The notes below the pieces were generated by a model. That model was not told the DNA's origin, searched no databases, and worked only from the letters and a program-made list of their open reading frames with translations. The position numbers and the translations under genes were made by a program. Of a stretch of 64,000 nucleotides of DNA, positions 1-15,149 are shown piece after piece. Origin of the DNA: the human T2T-CHM13v2.0 reference genome, Homo sapiens; the NCBI RefSeq assembly GCF_009914755.1, contig NC_060927.1; one strand, 5' to 3'. Within the stretch, counting starts at the first letter, position 1; the number at the start of each line of letters is the position of its first letter.

Positions 1-3000
1 GCATCCCAGGGATGAAGCCGACTTGATCGTGTTGGATAAGCTTTTTGATGTGCTGCTGGATTTGGTTTGCCAGTATTTTTTTGAGGATTTTCACATCGAG
101 GTTCATCAGGGATATTGGCCTAAAATTTTATTTATTTTTTTTCTTGTATCTCTGCCAGGTTTTGGTATCAAGAGGATGCTGGCCTCATAAAATGAATTAG
201 GGAGGAGTCCCTCTTTTTCTATTGTTTAGAATAGTTTCAGAAGGAATGGTACTAGGGCCTCTTTGTACCTCTGGTAGAATTAGGCTGTGAATCCATCTGG
301 TCCTGGGCTTCTTTTGGTTGGTAGGCTATTAATTACTGCCTCAATTTCAGAACTTGTTATTGGTCTATTCAGGGATACAACTTTGTGCTGGTTTAGTTTT
401 GGGAGGGTGTATGTGTCTAGGAATTTATCCATTTCTTCTAGATTTTCTAGTTTATTTGCATAGAGATGTTTTTAGTGTTCTCTGATGATAGTTTTTATTT
501 CTGTGGGATCAGTGGTGATATCCCCTTTATCATTTTTTATTGTGTCTATTTTATTCTTCTCTATTTCTTCTTTATTAGTCTGGCTGGTGGTCTACCTATT
601 TTGTTAATCTTTTCAAAAAACCAGCTTTTGGATTCATTCATTTTTTAAGGGTTTTTCGTGTCTCTATCTCCTTCAGTTCTCCTCTGATCTTAGTTATTTC
701 TTGTCTTCTGCTAGCTTTTGAATTTGTTTGCTCTTGCTTCTCTAGTTATTTTAATTGTAATGTTAGGATGTTGACTTTAGATCTTTCCCACTTTCTCCTG
801 TGTGCATTTAGTGCTATAAATTTCCCTCTAAACACTGCTTTAGCTGTGTCTCAGAGATTCTGGTACATTTTGTCTTTGTTCTCATTGGTTTCAAAGAACT
901 TATTTATTTCTTCATTTTAATTCATATTAATTTCATTATTTACCCAGTAGTCATTCAGGGGCAGGTTGTTCAGTTTCCATTTAGTCATGTGGTTTTGAGT
1001 GAGTGATTTCCATTCTTTTGCATTTGCTAAGGAGTGTTTTACTTCCAATTATGTAGTCAATTTTAGAATAAGTGCTATGTGGTGCTGAAAAGAATGTATA
1101 TTCTCTTGATTTGGGGTGGAGAATTCTGTAGATGTCTATTAGGTCCGCTTGGTCCAGAGCTGAGATCAAGTCTTGAATATCCTTATTAATTTTCAAGACA
1201 GTATCTTTCCTTCATTTATGAAGATTACTTTTGCTGGATATAAAATTCTTGGCTGATAAGTGCTTTAAGGAAGCTAAAGATAGGACTCCAATCCCTTCTA
1301 GCATGAAGGATTTCTGCTGACAAATCTGTTAATCTGATAGATTTTCCTGTATAGATTACCTGATGTATTGCCTCATAGCTCTTAATATTCTTTCCTTCAT
1401 CTTAACTTTAAATATCTCAATGAATGTGTGCCTAGGTGATGAAATGTTTTTGTGATGAACTTCCAGGGTGTTCTTTTAGCTTCTTGTATTTGAATGTTTA
1501 GATCTCTAGCAAAGCCAGGGAAATTTTTCTTGATTATTCCCTCAAATAAGTTTTCCAAACTTTTAGATTTATCTTCTTCCTCAGGGGCAGCAATTATTCT
1601 TAGGTTCCATTGCTTAACATAATCACAAACTTCTTGGAGGCTTTGGTCATTTTTCATTTATTCCTTTTCTTTTGTCAGATTCAAAGCCTTGTTCAAAGGC
1701 AATTCAAAAGCCTTGTCTTCAAGCTCTGAAGTTCTTTCTTTGACTTGTTTAATTCTATTTTTGAAAGTTAGCAGTGTATTTTGCACTTCTCTAAGTGTGT
1801 CTTTCATTTCTATAAGTTGTGATTGTTTTTGATTTATGCTACCTATATCTCTGGAGATTTTTCATCCATATCCTGTGTTATTTTTTCATTTCTTTAAGTT
1901 GGTTTTCACCTTACTCTGGTGCCTCCTTGAATAGCTTAATAATCGACCTTCTGAATTCTTTTTCTGGCAATTCAGAGATTTCTTCTGGGTTTGGATCCAT
2001 TGCTGGTGAGCTAGTGTGATCTTTTGGGGGTGCTAAAGAACCTTGCTTTGTCATATTACCAGAATTGTTTTTCTGGTTTCTTCTTATCTGAGTAGACTAT
2101 ATCAAATGAAAGATCTGGGGCTCAAGAGCTGATATTCAGATTCTTTTGTCCCACAGGGTGATCCCTTGATGTGTGCTCTCCCCCTTCCCTTAGGAATGGG
2201 GCTTCCTGAGATTCTGACTGCAGTGGATGTCACTGCTTTTCTGGGTCTAGCCACCCAGCAGCGCTACTGAGCTCTGGGCTGGTACTGAAGAGTGTCTGCA
2301 AGGAGTCCTGTCATGTGATCCATCTTCAAGTCTCTCAGCTGTGGATACCAGCACCTGGGCCAGTGGTGGTAGCAGGGATATGAAGTAGACTCTTTGAGGG
2401 TCCATGGTTGTAGTTTTTAGTGTGCTGATTTTCTTGAATGTTGGTTGTGCTAGCAGTGAAGTTGTACCTGGACAGACTCAGGACCTCTGGTTAGCCAGGA
2501 TGTTTCGGTGGTGGAATTAGCTGTTGTTTTCTCATTTCCTGGAGCAGGACTTTTCTTTTATGAGTTGATATAATCACTTGAGTGTGTTGGCCTCCAGCCA
2601 GGAGATGGCAGTTTCAAGACAGCATCAACTGCAGTAGTATAGGGGAGATACAAGCTTGCTCTAATGTCACTTGGATAAATATTTGGGTTTCTCAAGTGAT
2701 GGGCAGGGCCACAGAGCTTCCAAAAGATAGTATCTTTTTTCTTTGGCTATCAGAGTGGGTAGAGAAAGACCATCAAGTAGGGGCAGGTTAGTGGTGTCTG
2801 AGCTCAGACTCTCTTTGTGTGGGACTTGCTGCAGCTGCTGTGGGTGATGGGGGTGTGGTTCTCAGGCCAATGGACCTATGTTCCCAGGGGCATAATGTCT
2901 GCCTCTGTTGCATCATACAGGTTCTCAGGGAAGTGGAGAAAGCTGGCAATGACAAGCCTCACTCGTCTCCTATGCAGCCAGCAAGGACAGTCTCAATCCC

Positions 3001-3710
3001 ACCATACCCCACCAATAGCACCTAGTTTATATCCAGGCAGCCAACGAACAGTGCTGGGATATTGCCCCAGGCTGCATGTTTTCTAGCTGAGAAAGCAAGC
3101 AGGGCTTTCAGGCCCCACCCCTCCTTACCTGCCACAGCTTCTGTGCTCCTGTCTGTACTTCCCATTCCCTCCACCCAGGATTCTGCCCAGGAAAATTTGC
3201 ACTTGGTCAAAATTATTACAAAGTTCAGCTGAAAGTTTTCTTCTACCTGTCCTTCCCCAATTCCACTGGCAGTCCTACCCAGTGACTTCAGTGAGATAAA
3301 GTCAGAAATGGCTTCCCTGCGAACCAGGAATACCTACAGGGCTTTTTCAGTACTTCTTCTACTTTTATATTTTGTTCAGCTCTCTAAATTCTTTTCAGCT
3401 CTAGGTAAGGTTAAATTCTTCTCCCATGATCTGGGTTTTCAGGTTCCCCGGTGAGGATGTGAGGATGTGTGTTAGGAGGTGGACCTTCCCCACTCACACT
3501 TTGGGCACTCACACTTTTTCAGCTGTTTCACAAAGTTTGCATCAGCAAGCTACTTCTTTCAAAAGGTCTGTGGATTCTTTCAGTTTTCCTCGTATGTTCC
3601 TGTGCTAGTTCTTGGAGTTCTTGGACTCACTATGTGAGTCTCCATATGCTGTTCTGTCCATCAGAGAGGGAGCTGCAAGTTAGTCCTGCCTCCTGTCTGC
3701 CATTATTTTC
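1..3710 (-). mobile_element. Old primate L1 (L1PA13-16/L1PB-like): 5'UTR, ORF1 and part of ORF2, running off the window edge; internal deletion near 1195
   Basis: Minus-strand ORF fragments match L1 ORF2 endonuclease ([52 protein letters not shown]) and ORF1 (QSLQEVCDYVK..NLRII..PEEEDKSKSLENLFEGII..NFP). The 5' end reads AATGGCAGACAGGAGGCAGGACTAACTTGCAGCTCCC near 3700. Frames are disrupted. Confidence 0.9.
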
Positions 3711-4049
3711 AAAAAAGAAAAACTAATTTGTAGAAATGTTTAATGTTGCTAACACTTTCTTTTTACATTTTAATTATTGAGGTATTACCTAAATCTTAAT
3801 ATGCCATTTCCTGTCATCCAGGATGAATTGCCAACTAACTGAGTATCCAAAGTTTGGTAGACTCGAGAATATTTATTTTATACATTCATCTCTGGGGACA
3901 CCATATATCTCCCTTCCACAGATCATGCCCCTTCAGATCATATTAGTCTTCAATTCCTACACATTTCCAGCTCAGGAAAAGTGCTCTAGAGTTGGCCCTG
4001 TTTATTTGTACAAGTATGCTTTATCAGCAAGCCTATTTCAACATTTAAT

Positions 4050-4364
4050 TTAATTTTATTTTATTATTTATTTATTTATTTTGAGACTGAGTCTCACTCC
4101 ATTGCCCAGGCTGGAGTACAGTGGTGTGATCTTGGCTCACTGCAAACTCTGCCTCCTGGGTTCAAATAATTATCCTGCCTCAGCCTCCCAAGTAGCTGGG
4201 ATTACAAGGGCCTGCCACCACACCAGACTAATTTTTGTATTTTTAGGAGAGACAAGGTTTCACCATTTTTGCCAGGCTGGTCTCAAACTCCTGACCTCAA
4301 GTGATCCACCTGCATCAGCCTCCCAAAGTGCTGGGATTACAGGTGCGAGCCACCATGCCCAGCT
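4050..4364 (-). mobile_element. Alu (AluS-type) with (TTTA)n tail
   Basis: Alu dimer in reverse orientation (gagtctcactcc..ggctggagtacagtgg..cccaaagtgctgggattacagg). Confidence 0.95.
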
Positions 4365-6589
4365 AACACAATTTTAAATGTTGGGTCATAAGTGATGCTG
4401 ATTAAACATTTGAGAAGTAGAATGTAATAGCTATAGCCCATTCAACTCTAGAGTCATACTAACTGTTGAAATATTAATTTTTCAGTTTAATATAACTCTC
4501 AGGTAGTAATTGTAATATATTAAGATGGGACTGTATTAAGATTATGTACAGGAGGAGAAAAAAGTTATATGTAATACTAGGAAATTGTTTCTGTATCAGA
4601 GCAAATAAAAGACCTTATTCTACCTTTTGATGTGTCAGTCTTGCCTGTCTTTCAAAGATTTAAAACTGATATTATGATGAATTACTTCTATCATTTGAAA
4701 TCTCATAAATGTGTTTATTTAAATAAAATTTAAAATAAATAATAAAATTTTAACTATTTGAAAATATAATTTTCTATTTCTTTTTCAAAGGGAATAGCCT
4801 TGTTAGTGGGCTGAACTTATTCCTTTCTTCAAAAGATACGTACTAAATTATAGCAAGAAAAAATGTATGGGGTGATACAAAAACAACAAAAATATACAAT
4901 AAATTAACTACCTGTATTCAAAAGATATCTCATGTGCATATACATAATACATATATTCATAACTTAGTTCCATTTTCTGTAGCTCTTGAGTCACAAGTAG
5001 AAGAGGTTACATTTTCCTACAAACATTTATATTGTCCCGATACTATCAAAATGTATTCATCCTCCTTGGTCCTTGGTAGTTAATGAATAACCCACTTTCA
5101 AAACTTCAGAAAACTGAATTTTAAAGGTAATTTTTAAAATAATTATAAAAACCTTAAGACTCTATAATGACAATTTGTTTTTTAATATTTCTTAAAGAAA
5201 CATTTACTAATTATTCATTCTATTAAACATTAAACATACAGCCTGCAACTTATACCTGAATCTTTCCATGTTGGCTCTGCCTAACCAAGAACTTTGTAGT
5301 TTCCTAGGTAGTAGCAAAGATCAGTCATTTTTATTTCTTCAAAATTTATCTTACGCTAAGCTTCTGGTTTCTGCTGCTCTTTTCCTGTCTATACTTCTTA
5401 CAGTGCTAAGTTGGGTAAGTTCAGAGTATTATATGGTACAAATATTTTTCCACATGGCCTCTGCTCACCTTCCCTGGAGATAACATATAAATGGCAATTC
5501 CAATTTTCACCTAAGACTGATGTAAAACATCACTCCTTTCTTATTATGCTATCTGACTATTTCCCTGTTTACTGTTTTTCCATTAATTTAATCAATTCAG
5601 AAGACTTTTTCTTTTATTTTTATTTTTTCCATATGTGCAAGATCTATTCCTTTATTCAGCCAACCCACTTCTGAGGTTTGCAATATGTGAAGCATTAAGG
5701 TAGGTGCTGAGTTAAAACAAAAATTAAATAAGACCTGGTGTCAACTTGAAAGAGTAAAACTTGTACTCAAGAAGCTAAAATGTTTTAGACTAACCCATAT
5801 GAAACCTTTTTGTTAACCAAAAAAATGGTATAATACTGGCAACTTGATGGCTCGTCAAAATATATTTTTTCACAAATAATTCCAATATGAGGCATGATCA
5901 TCAAACTTTTCTTAAAACTATAATCTCATTAAAATATCTTTGAGATATTCCATAAGCAGATTGGCCCTCAGCCTTTGCTGACAGTTTCAGCAGATCCTTC
6001 ATGCAGACTTTAAGTTCTGCCTCACATCTCTCTCTAGAGGGGCTTAATCAAGTAGGGGCCATACCAGAAATGAAAAATATATTCTCCTTCTTATGCCAAA
6101 ACAATCTCTCTCAAAACTAATTGTCAGTGATTGGATTTCAAGAGCAATAAGATGTTATATAGAGTTTAGTGTGTGGATGTTTAATAGGGAATGCTCTTGG
6201 AGTCAATTCTTATGGAAGGGATGAAAGAAAAAGGATTTGGTAGCTAGAGGAATTCAATACAATAGACACTTGACAGCCTGAATCAACCCCACAGGAGTCC
6301 TGGACATAGAAGGGCTTCATAGATCTCATGGGAAAACAAGCAAACTTTTTTTTAAAACAAAAAGGAAAGAAAGAAAAATACTTTGAGAAAAAGAGGCAAA
6401 TCAGACAACAAAATAAAATTTCCAAAAGTAATCATATCACAAACAAATTAAAAATTTGTAGCATTCAAAATACAAGAATAGAAGCAATATAGAAGTGAAA
6501 CTTAATATTAAAAAATTTGAAATGTTAAATTATAAAAAGCAGATTTTTTTAAAAAAAAATTAAGAATTAGAAGATAAAGCTTGAAGGTA

Positions 6590-9500
6590 GACCAAAATGA
6601 TGAAATAAGACTTTTTAGTGTTTGTCTCCTAGGAGAAACATCTATTAGAACAACTATCCATGCATGAAAATACCTTCACAAGAACTAAGGAAACCAGGTT
6701 GAAGGTTACAGAACATGGGCATAAAACAGAAATAAGACAGATTAAAGAGAGTAAAAAGAACAATTTCATATGTCTCACGTCACGCCCTCCCAACACATAC
6801 CTATGCCTGCATGATATGCACAGCTATGAGAGAGGTAGACTCTGCTTGGGGAAAGGAGATTGAAATAATTACCCAAATTTACTATGGATGCAAGGGCCTG
6901 GCCATCCCCTATGACCTCAGACTCCCATCCAGTACACAGGAGCTGAGCCTCCAGGCTGGCCTCATTTACTTATTGCTTCTCATTCCAAGGTCTCAGACCT
7001 ACCCTAGAACCAGGCCAGCCCTTGCAGACCCAGATGAGACCAGCACCCACAGCCCATGAATTCAGGCTCATCCCTGTGCCATGCCCCTATCTGTAGTCCC
7101 GCACTTCAGGCTGACATCCATGCCAGGTTGGCCCCTGCAACTTCAGGCTCCAGGTAAGTATGCAGGGACCCAGGTATCAGGCCAACCCTGAAGCCCTAGA
7201 CTGCAGGCCCACCACATCAGAAGGCCAGCTCCTGCGGCCCCAAGCTTCAAGCCAACCCCTGTGACAGACCTGTTTGCAAAACCCATGACTCCAGCCCAAC
7301 CTCCTACAGACCCAGGTTCCATGCCCAACCCAGTTCCAGGATAACACCTGCAGCTCCATGGACTAAGCTGGCATCCAGAGCCCCAGGACACCCCAGAACA
7401 ACCCAACATCCAGGCAAAACCCTGCAGCCCAACAATGTAGGCAATTCCCCCCATGGATCCAAAATCCTGACCCATCCCAGTGAATGCTAGCTCCAAGCCA
7501 ACCTGCCAAGAACTCCAACAGTAAGTCCACCCACCCATGAACGCCACCAAATGGCCTAACAAGAATCTCTAGACTGGTTGACTTCTGAAGGGCATCTCCT
7601 GCTGAAGCCAGTCTGTGAACACTGAAATAGGTGCCTACTTCTTCAAACGTACAGACACTAGTACACAGCCACAAGGAACATGAACAATCAGGGAAATGAG
7701 ACTAACCAAGGAACAAAATAAAGCACCAATAACTGGACGCTAAAGAAATGGATACTTATGAACTGCCTAAAAAAAATGAAAATAACAAAGAAGTTTAGTA
7801 AGATGCAAGAGAACACAGATAAACAAATAAATGTAATAATGAAATCAATAAATAAAATTAGAAACTTAAAGAAATAGAAACCATTAAAAAGAGCCAAACA
7901 GGAATTATGGAGCTTTAGATGACTTCATGAAAAATTCCACAAAGAGTTCAACAGCAGGCTCAATCAAGTAAAACAATGAATTAGTGAGCTTGAAGAAAAG
8001 TCATTGCATTGGAGATCACCCAATCAGAGAAACAGAAGGCAAAAAGAATGAAAAAGAGGGAATAAAGTCTATGAAAATTATGGGACATCATTAAGTGAAC
8101 CAATATATACATTATGGAAGATCCAGAAGTGTCAGCAAAAAAGAATGAGACAGAAAGCTTATTTAGAAAAATAATGATGAAAAAAATTCTCAAATCTGAA
8201 GAAGGGAATAAACATCCAAATCCATGAATCCCAAAGAACCCTAAATACATTAAGTATATGGAAATCTGCACTAAGACACGTTATATTAAAATGCTCAAAA
8301 AGTCAAAGACAAACCCAGAATTTTGATGGGAGCAAGAGGAAAGCAATTTGTTATATGCAAGAGAAGCCCAATTAGACTATCAGTAGATATCTCAGCGGTA
8401 TTATTTCAGGCTAGAAGAGAGTGAGTGATACATTCAAAGTGCTGAAAGGATAAAACCACCAACAAAGAATACTATGCTCAGCAAGATATCCTTCAGAAAT
8501 AAAGATGAGATAATAACTTTTTCAGACAAAAAAAAATAAAGCCCAATTGCTAAAGGGAGTTTTTCAACTTGAAACAAATGAATGCTACCTAACAACATGA
8601 AAATATATGAACATATAAAGCTCACTGTGAAGGTAAGAATATAATCAAATCTGGAATACTCTCATTCTGTAAAGGTGATACACAAATCACGTTTAACTAT
8701 AGTATGAAGTTAAAAGATAAAAGGATAAATATAACTATAGCTACTATAATTTAGGTTTGGATACACAAAATATAAAGTAAGTAAATTGTAACATTGACAA
8801 CATAAAATGTGAGGGTAGAAGTAAATATAATGTATAGTTTTTGTATGCAGTCAAAGCTAAGTTGTCATCAGCTTAAACTCATCAGCTATAAGATATTTTA
8901 TGTACACCTCATGGTAAGTATACACACACACACCCACACACACAAAACAACAACAACTGTAGCCCTGCAGCAGATTACACAAACGATAAAGAGAAGAAAT
9001 TAAAGCATACCACCACAAAAAAAATCATTAAATTACAAAGGAAGATGACAAAAGAAGAGGAATGAAATGAAGGAATTATAATATAATTAGAAGACAACTA
9101 AAAAATCATAGTAATAGGTCCTTACCTATCAATAATTACTTAATTATTGACCTTAAAGAGAGCAAGAGTGGCTAAACTTTTATCAGACAAATTAGACTTT
9201 AAGTCAAAAACTGATATAAAACACAAAGAAGGTCATTATATAATGATAAAGAAGTCACTTCAACAAAATGATGGAACAACTATAAATATATATACACCAA
9301 TCACGACACACTTAAATATACATAACGCAAATGTAACAGAACTGAATGAAGAAATAGATAGCAATATAATAACAGTCAGGGACTTCGATACCCCACTTTC
9401 AACAATGGACAGATAATTAAGACAAAAAATCAATAAAGAAACAGTAGACATTAACAACGCTATAGACCACAGGAACCTAGCAGACATATACAGAATATTT

Positions 9501-12500
9501 CAACCAACAGCAGCAGTATACTTGAGCAGTATTATTTTTTTAAGTGCACATGAAATATTTTCCAGGATAGATTATATGTTAGGCCACCAAACAAGTCTAA
9601 AAATTCAAGAAAATTGAAATAATATCAAGTGTCGTTTCCAACAACAATGGTATGCATCCAGAAAACAATAACAGGAAGAAAATTGGAAAATCCACACAAA
9701 CACGTAGGAATTAGATTACACACTCCTAAGCATCCAATAGGGCAAATAGAAAATCAAAAGAGAAATAAAAACATATCTGGAGACAAATGAAAATGGAAAC
9801 TACATACCTAAACATATAGGATGCAGCAAAAGCAGTTCTTAAGAGAAGTTTATAGCAATAAATGCCAATATTAACACAGAGTAAAGATCTCAAATAAAAA
9901 TCATAAGTTTACATCTCGAGGAAATAGAACAAAATAATAGATATCAGATCATCAATAAATAAAACAAAAACTAGAAAAAAATATTAAATATTAATGAAAC
10001 TGAGTTGTTTTTGAAAAGATAAATCAAGAAACCTTTAGCTAGACTAAGAAAAATAAAAAGAAGACTCACAAAAATAAAATTATAAATAAAAGAGGAGACA
10101 TTACAACTGGTATCATAAAAATACAAAGCATCAAAAGAGACCGTTATGAATGATTATATATATATATATATAAATAAATTGGTTAACCTAGAAGAAATGG
10201 ATATATAAGTCTTAGGAGCATAACACTTACCAAGCCTGAATCATAAAGAAATAATCTCAACAGATCAATAACAAGTAAAGAGATTGAATCAGTAATCAGA
10301 AAACTTACAATGAAAAAAGTCCACAAATTGATAGCTTCATTGGTGAGTTCTAGGAAAAAATTTAAAGAACGATTAATGCTAATTTTTCTCAAACTTTTCA
10401 AAAAAATTAAAGAGAGGGAAATATTCCAAACACAGTTTATGAGCCCAGCATTATACTGGTAAAAGCAAGATTGGGACTTTTCAGGGAAAAAAAATTACAA
10501 GGCTACTCTCCCAGACGAACATAGACACAAAAGTCCTCCACAAAATACTAGCAAACTGAATACCACACAGCATATTAAAAGGGTCACACACCATGATTAA
10601 GTGTGATTTTCCCCTGGGATGCAAAGAAGATTGACATACTAATCAACAAATATGATATACCACATTAACAGAATGAGAGAGTTTAAAAAAATCATCTCAA
10701 TATATGCAGAAAAGCATTTGACAAAATTCAACATGCTTTCATATGATAAAAACTCTCAAGAGATTAGATATAGATGAAATGTACCTAAAAATAATAAAGG
10801 CCATATAGAACAAACCCAGAGGTAACATCATACTCAGCATGAAAAACTAAAAGCTTTTTCTGAAAGATAAAAAAACAAGACAAGAATGTCCACCCTCACT
10901 ACCTGTATGCAAAATAGAACTGGAAGTCCTAGCCAGAGACATTAGGCAAGAAAACCAATAAAATGTATTTATATTGGAAAGGAAGAAGTAAAATTTTCTG
11001 TATTTGAAGGTGACATAGTCTTAAGTATTGAAAACTTTAATGACTCCACCAAAAAACCACTAGAATTAATAAATTATTCCAAAAATTTGCAGGATACAAA
11101 ATCAACATACAAAAATTACTATTTCTATATAATAGTAACAACAAAGTATCTGAAAAAGAAACCAAGAAAATAATCTCATTTAAAATAACATTAAATGAAA
11201 ATAGAATACTTAAGAATAAATTTAACCAGTGAGGCAAAAAATCTGTACACTGAAAGCTATTAAACATTGATAAAAGAGATTGAAGACACAAATAAAACAA
11301 AAGGCATCCCATGTTTATGTATTGGAAGAATTAATATTGTGAAAATGTCCATACAACTCAAAACTATCTGCAGATTCAACGAAATATTAAAATTTTAATA
11401 ACATTTTTCACAGAAATAGAAAACATTATTAAATTACAAGGGAAACATAAAAAATTTCAAATGACAAAAGCAGTCTAAAGCAAAAAGATCAAAACTGGCC
11501 CCATTTCAAAATTTACTACAAATCAAAACAGCATAGTACTGACATTCCATATGTAAGCCAGTAGGATAGCATAGAAAGCCCAGAAATAAATCCATGCATT
11601 TAAGATCAATTGCTGTTTAATGAAATTGCAAAGAACATAAAATGGGGAAAGGACAGTCCTCTATTCAATGTGTTGGGAAACGTAAATACCCACATGAAGA
11701 AAAATAAAGTTAAACCATTATTTCACACTATATTCAAAAATCAACTCAAAATGTTATTACTTAAATGTAGAACCTGAAACCATAAAGTTATTAGGAGAAA
11801 ATATAGGAAAAAAGCGTCTTGACATTGGTCTAGATGATAATTTTTTGGATATAACCTTTAACTCACAGACAACAAAAGCAAAAATAGACAGATAGGACTA
11901 CATTAAACTAAAAAGCTGCTGCACAGCAAAGGAAGCATGCATACAATGAAGGGAAACCCACAAAATGGGAGAAAATATTTGCAAACCACACATCTGATAA
12001 GGGATTAATATCCAAAATACATAAGGAACCCAAATAACTCAACAGTAAGAAAACAACTTGATTTTACAAGTGGACAAAGGACCTGAATAGACATTTCTCA
12101 AAGGAATGAATAATGGATATATAAAAAATTGCTCAACATCACTATCATCAGATACACGCAAGTTAAAACCAAGAGATATGACCTTCCATCTATCAGAATG
12201 ACTATCATTGAAGAGACAGAAGATAGCAAGGTTTGGTGAGGATATGGAGAAAATGGAATCCTTGCACACTGTTAATGGTAATTAAAATTAATACAGCCAT
12301 TGTGAAAAACATATAGAGGCAAATCCAAACAATTAAAAATAGAACTTCCATATTAACCAGCAATCTCATTACTGGGTATATATTCAAAGGAAATAAAATC
12401 CATATGTCAAAAAAAACTACACTCCTATAACCATGTAGCATTATCTATAATAGCCAAGATATGGAATCAACCTAAGTGTTCATAAACAAACGAGTTAATA

Positions 12501-13010
12501 AGGAAAACATCATAAATATACCCAGTGGAATACTATTCTGCTTAAAACAGAAGAAAATTCTGTCATTTGCAACAACATGGATGAACCTGGAGGACATTAG
12601 GTTATGGGAAATAAGCCAGACACAGAAAGACAAGTACCATATAATCTGATTATATGTGGAATCTAAAAATAGTCAAACTCATAGAGCAGAGTACAGTGGA
12701 GTGGTTATGAACGGTTGGACAGTGAAGTGGGTAGATATTGCTCAAATGATTCAAACTTTTAGTTAGACTGAAGGAATTAGTTCCGGAGACTTTTGTACAA
12801 TATGGTGATTATAGTTAAAACAATGTATTGATTTCTTGAAAATATTTGAATATAAATTTTAAATGTTATCACTCACACAAAAATAATAAGTGTTTAGGCA
12901 ATACATGTTAATGAGCCTGATTTAGCCATTCCACAATATATACATATATTAACCCATCATGTTGTATGCCATAAGGATATGCAATTTTTATGAGCCGATT
13001 AAAAAATACA
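6590..13010 (+). mobile_element. Near full-length degenerate L1MA-type LINE (5'UTR, ORF1, ORF2, 3'UTR)
   Basis: ORF2 EN remnant (LLSDKLDFKSKTDIKHKEGHYIMIKKS..TINIYTP..RDFDTPLSTMDR), RT and C-terminal nucleotide similarity from 10.3-12.6 kb, and an L1MA-type 3'UTR (gatttagccattccacaat..catcatgttgta) ending A-rich at ~13010. Many stops and indels. Confidence 0.88.
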
Positions 13011-15149
13011 TTTTAAAAATTACAGTAAGGCCAGAGCTCCTGAAATAAAATACTATCACTAACCAAAGAAAAAAATATGGAGAATGTGTTAATTTCCAAC
13101 CTCTGCTCACAAAAAGCAATCTCCCCTCTAAGGCAACAAATCCTGGTTTCCAATTCCTCCATGAAGCCTTTGCTGACCTCTCCAGTATGAATATTTTTTC
13201 CCACTAAGGATTTTATATTCAGATTGATGATAAGGATAAGTGGCATAAGCTCAAATGAATGGAAATCAAAATATGGCCCTTAAAATTTGTTTATTAATCA
13301 GCTTTTGGCTTATTCTCCAGGTCTCAAAGGATATGCTAATTAATCCAATTTAGTATGTTTGTAATGTTCAGAAGATTAAGTCTCTTAGGCTATACTTTGA
13401 TGTCAATGCCAAATAAATCCTCTTAGAATTATTTTGAATAGTTGGGTCATTCTCTGCAACAACATAAATATTAACATTGATCTCATTGTGCATATATTCT
13501 CCTAAATGATCAAGAAGATAGTTTAATTGCTGCATCTAATTTAAAAACTAATACCAGGCAACCAACTGGTCTCTATATAACTCTTATCAGGAATATCGAG
13601 GTGAGAATTTAACACATTATTAAATTAGAAACTAGAAAAATTGATATCCTGAAACATGTTTTCTTTTAGTTATTTATGGTTTTCTTTTTCCTTATGTTTC
13701 CAACTTTTCAATTTTTTCGGATTCTTATATTCTTTTTCTAAATCTAAAGTCTATTGTGTAAACTCTAGACAATTTACTATCATTCATTTGTATCACTTAT
13801 GAATTCAAGAGGAGCCTACACTGATCCAAAAATAAATAAGAGCATACTTTTGTAGTAATAACAGAATACATTAGGGAAGATTTTTAAACTTCTTTAAATA
13901 ACGTGGTAACCTCTACAATGAAATAGTGTTGAAAATGTTTGTATTGGGCATTCCCTATGTATTAAAAAAATTATATGAGCAAGGACTATAATTTCAAACC
14001 AATCTTTTAAACCCCCAATATAATTTTAGGGAGTGTTCTTGTTTCTCTTTTGATTCTTAGAGAAATCAAATACCAATATAAACCTTATTTCTGTTTAATT
14101 TACTATAATCAACTGAGAAAACTGAAGGGAATCTTATGTTATGTGACTTTAAACTGGCAAGAGTAACCAGTTAATGAAAAAGTATTCAAAGTATATTTAT
14201 ATACATTTCAAAGTTCATTTTAAAATATTGTTTCTAAAGATATCATCCCCCAAATAATCTGATATTTAAAAGTCAGCAATATTTTCAGGAAACTAAAATA
14301 GAAGAGGTCTTTCTATGTCTCTCCAAAACATTTTCTCTGTTCCTGAAATTTGGAGTGTACTTGTGGTCGGTAACTATCCAGAAAATTATCAATCTGTAAA
14401 TATCTAGAACAGTCTCAACTACCTTTTAAAGAAAGTAACAGGATGAAAGTAATTGGATGAAACAGGCATCCAATATCAGGACAATGCATATATGCTTCCA
14501 AATGTAGCTATAATAAATGAAGGTAGATCAAAATAAAACATGCTCCAGCAGGTTAGAACTCCATGTTTAAGGACATACCTAAGGGGTTAGTAACAGAAGT
14601 TTTAAAAATATTCTCAAATTTTAAAAAATGTGATCATCATAGAATCTAGGAATACCATAGAATCATGATGTTCAAAAGAGTAGAAGTTGACACTAAGGTG
14701 ATACTGCTTTCATAGGTAAAGGACTGTAAGAATGCATTACCACAAGATGCAAACATATCCCTTAATGTTTTGAGATACGTGCAAGACTGTCAGCAAACAA
14801 TTATTGTAACTACCAATGTCATCACCATGAGAATGAAGCAGGCACTTGTTCAGTAAGTGCATTGTGATGTTCTCCACTGTAGATTTGTAAAGTGCAGAAA
14901 ACGTTAGTTGAATCCCCAATGATTTTTATGGACTTATCAAAGTATAAAACATAGCAGATGTAAGAGTACATCACTTTACTTAAAATTAAGATTGTTTTCT
15001 GAATATGAGGAACAGTTATTATAGAAAATTTAAAATAGAGAAAAATATAAAGAGGAAAAAATGACCAATAATTTTTATTACATAGCAAAAACTAGTAAAA
15101 ACATTTTGATGTGCTTCTGTACTACCTTCTATTACATTTACATGTAAAT

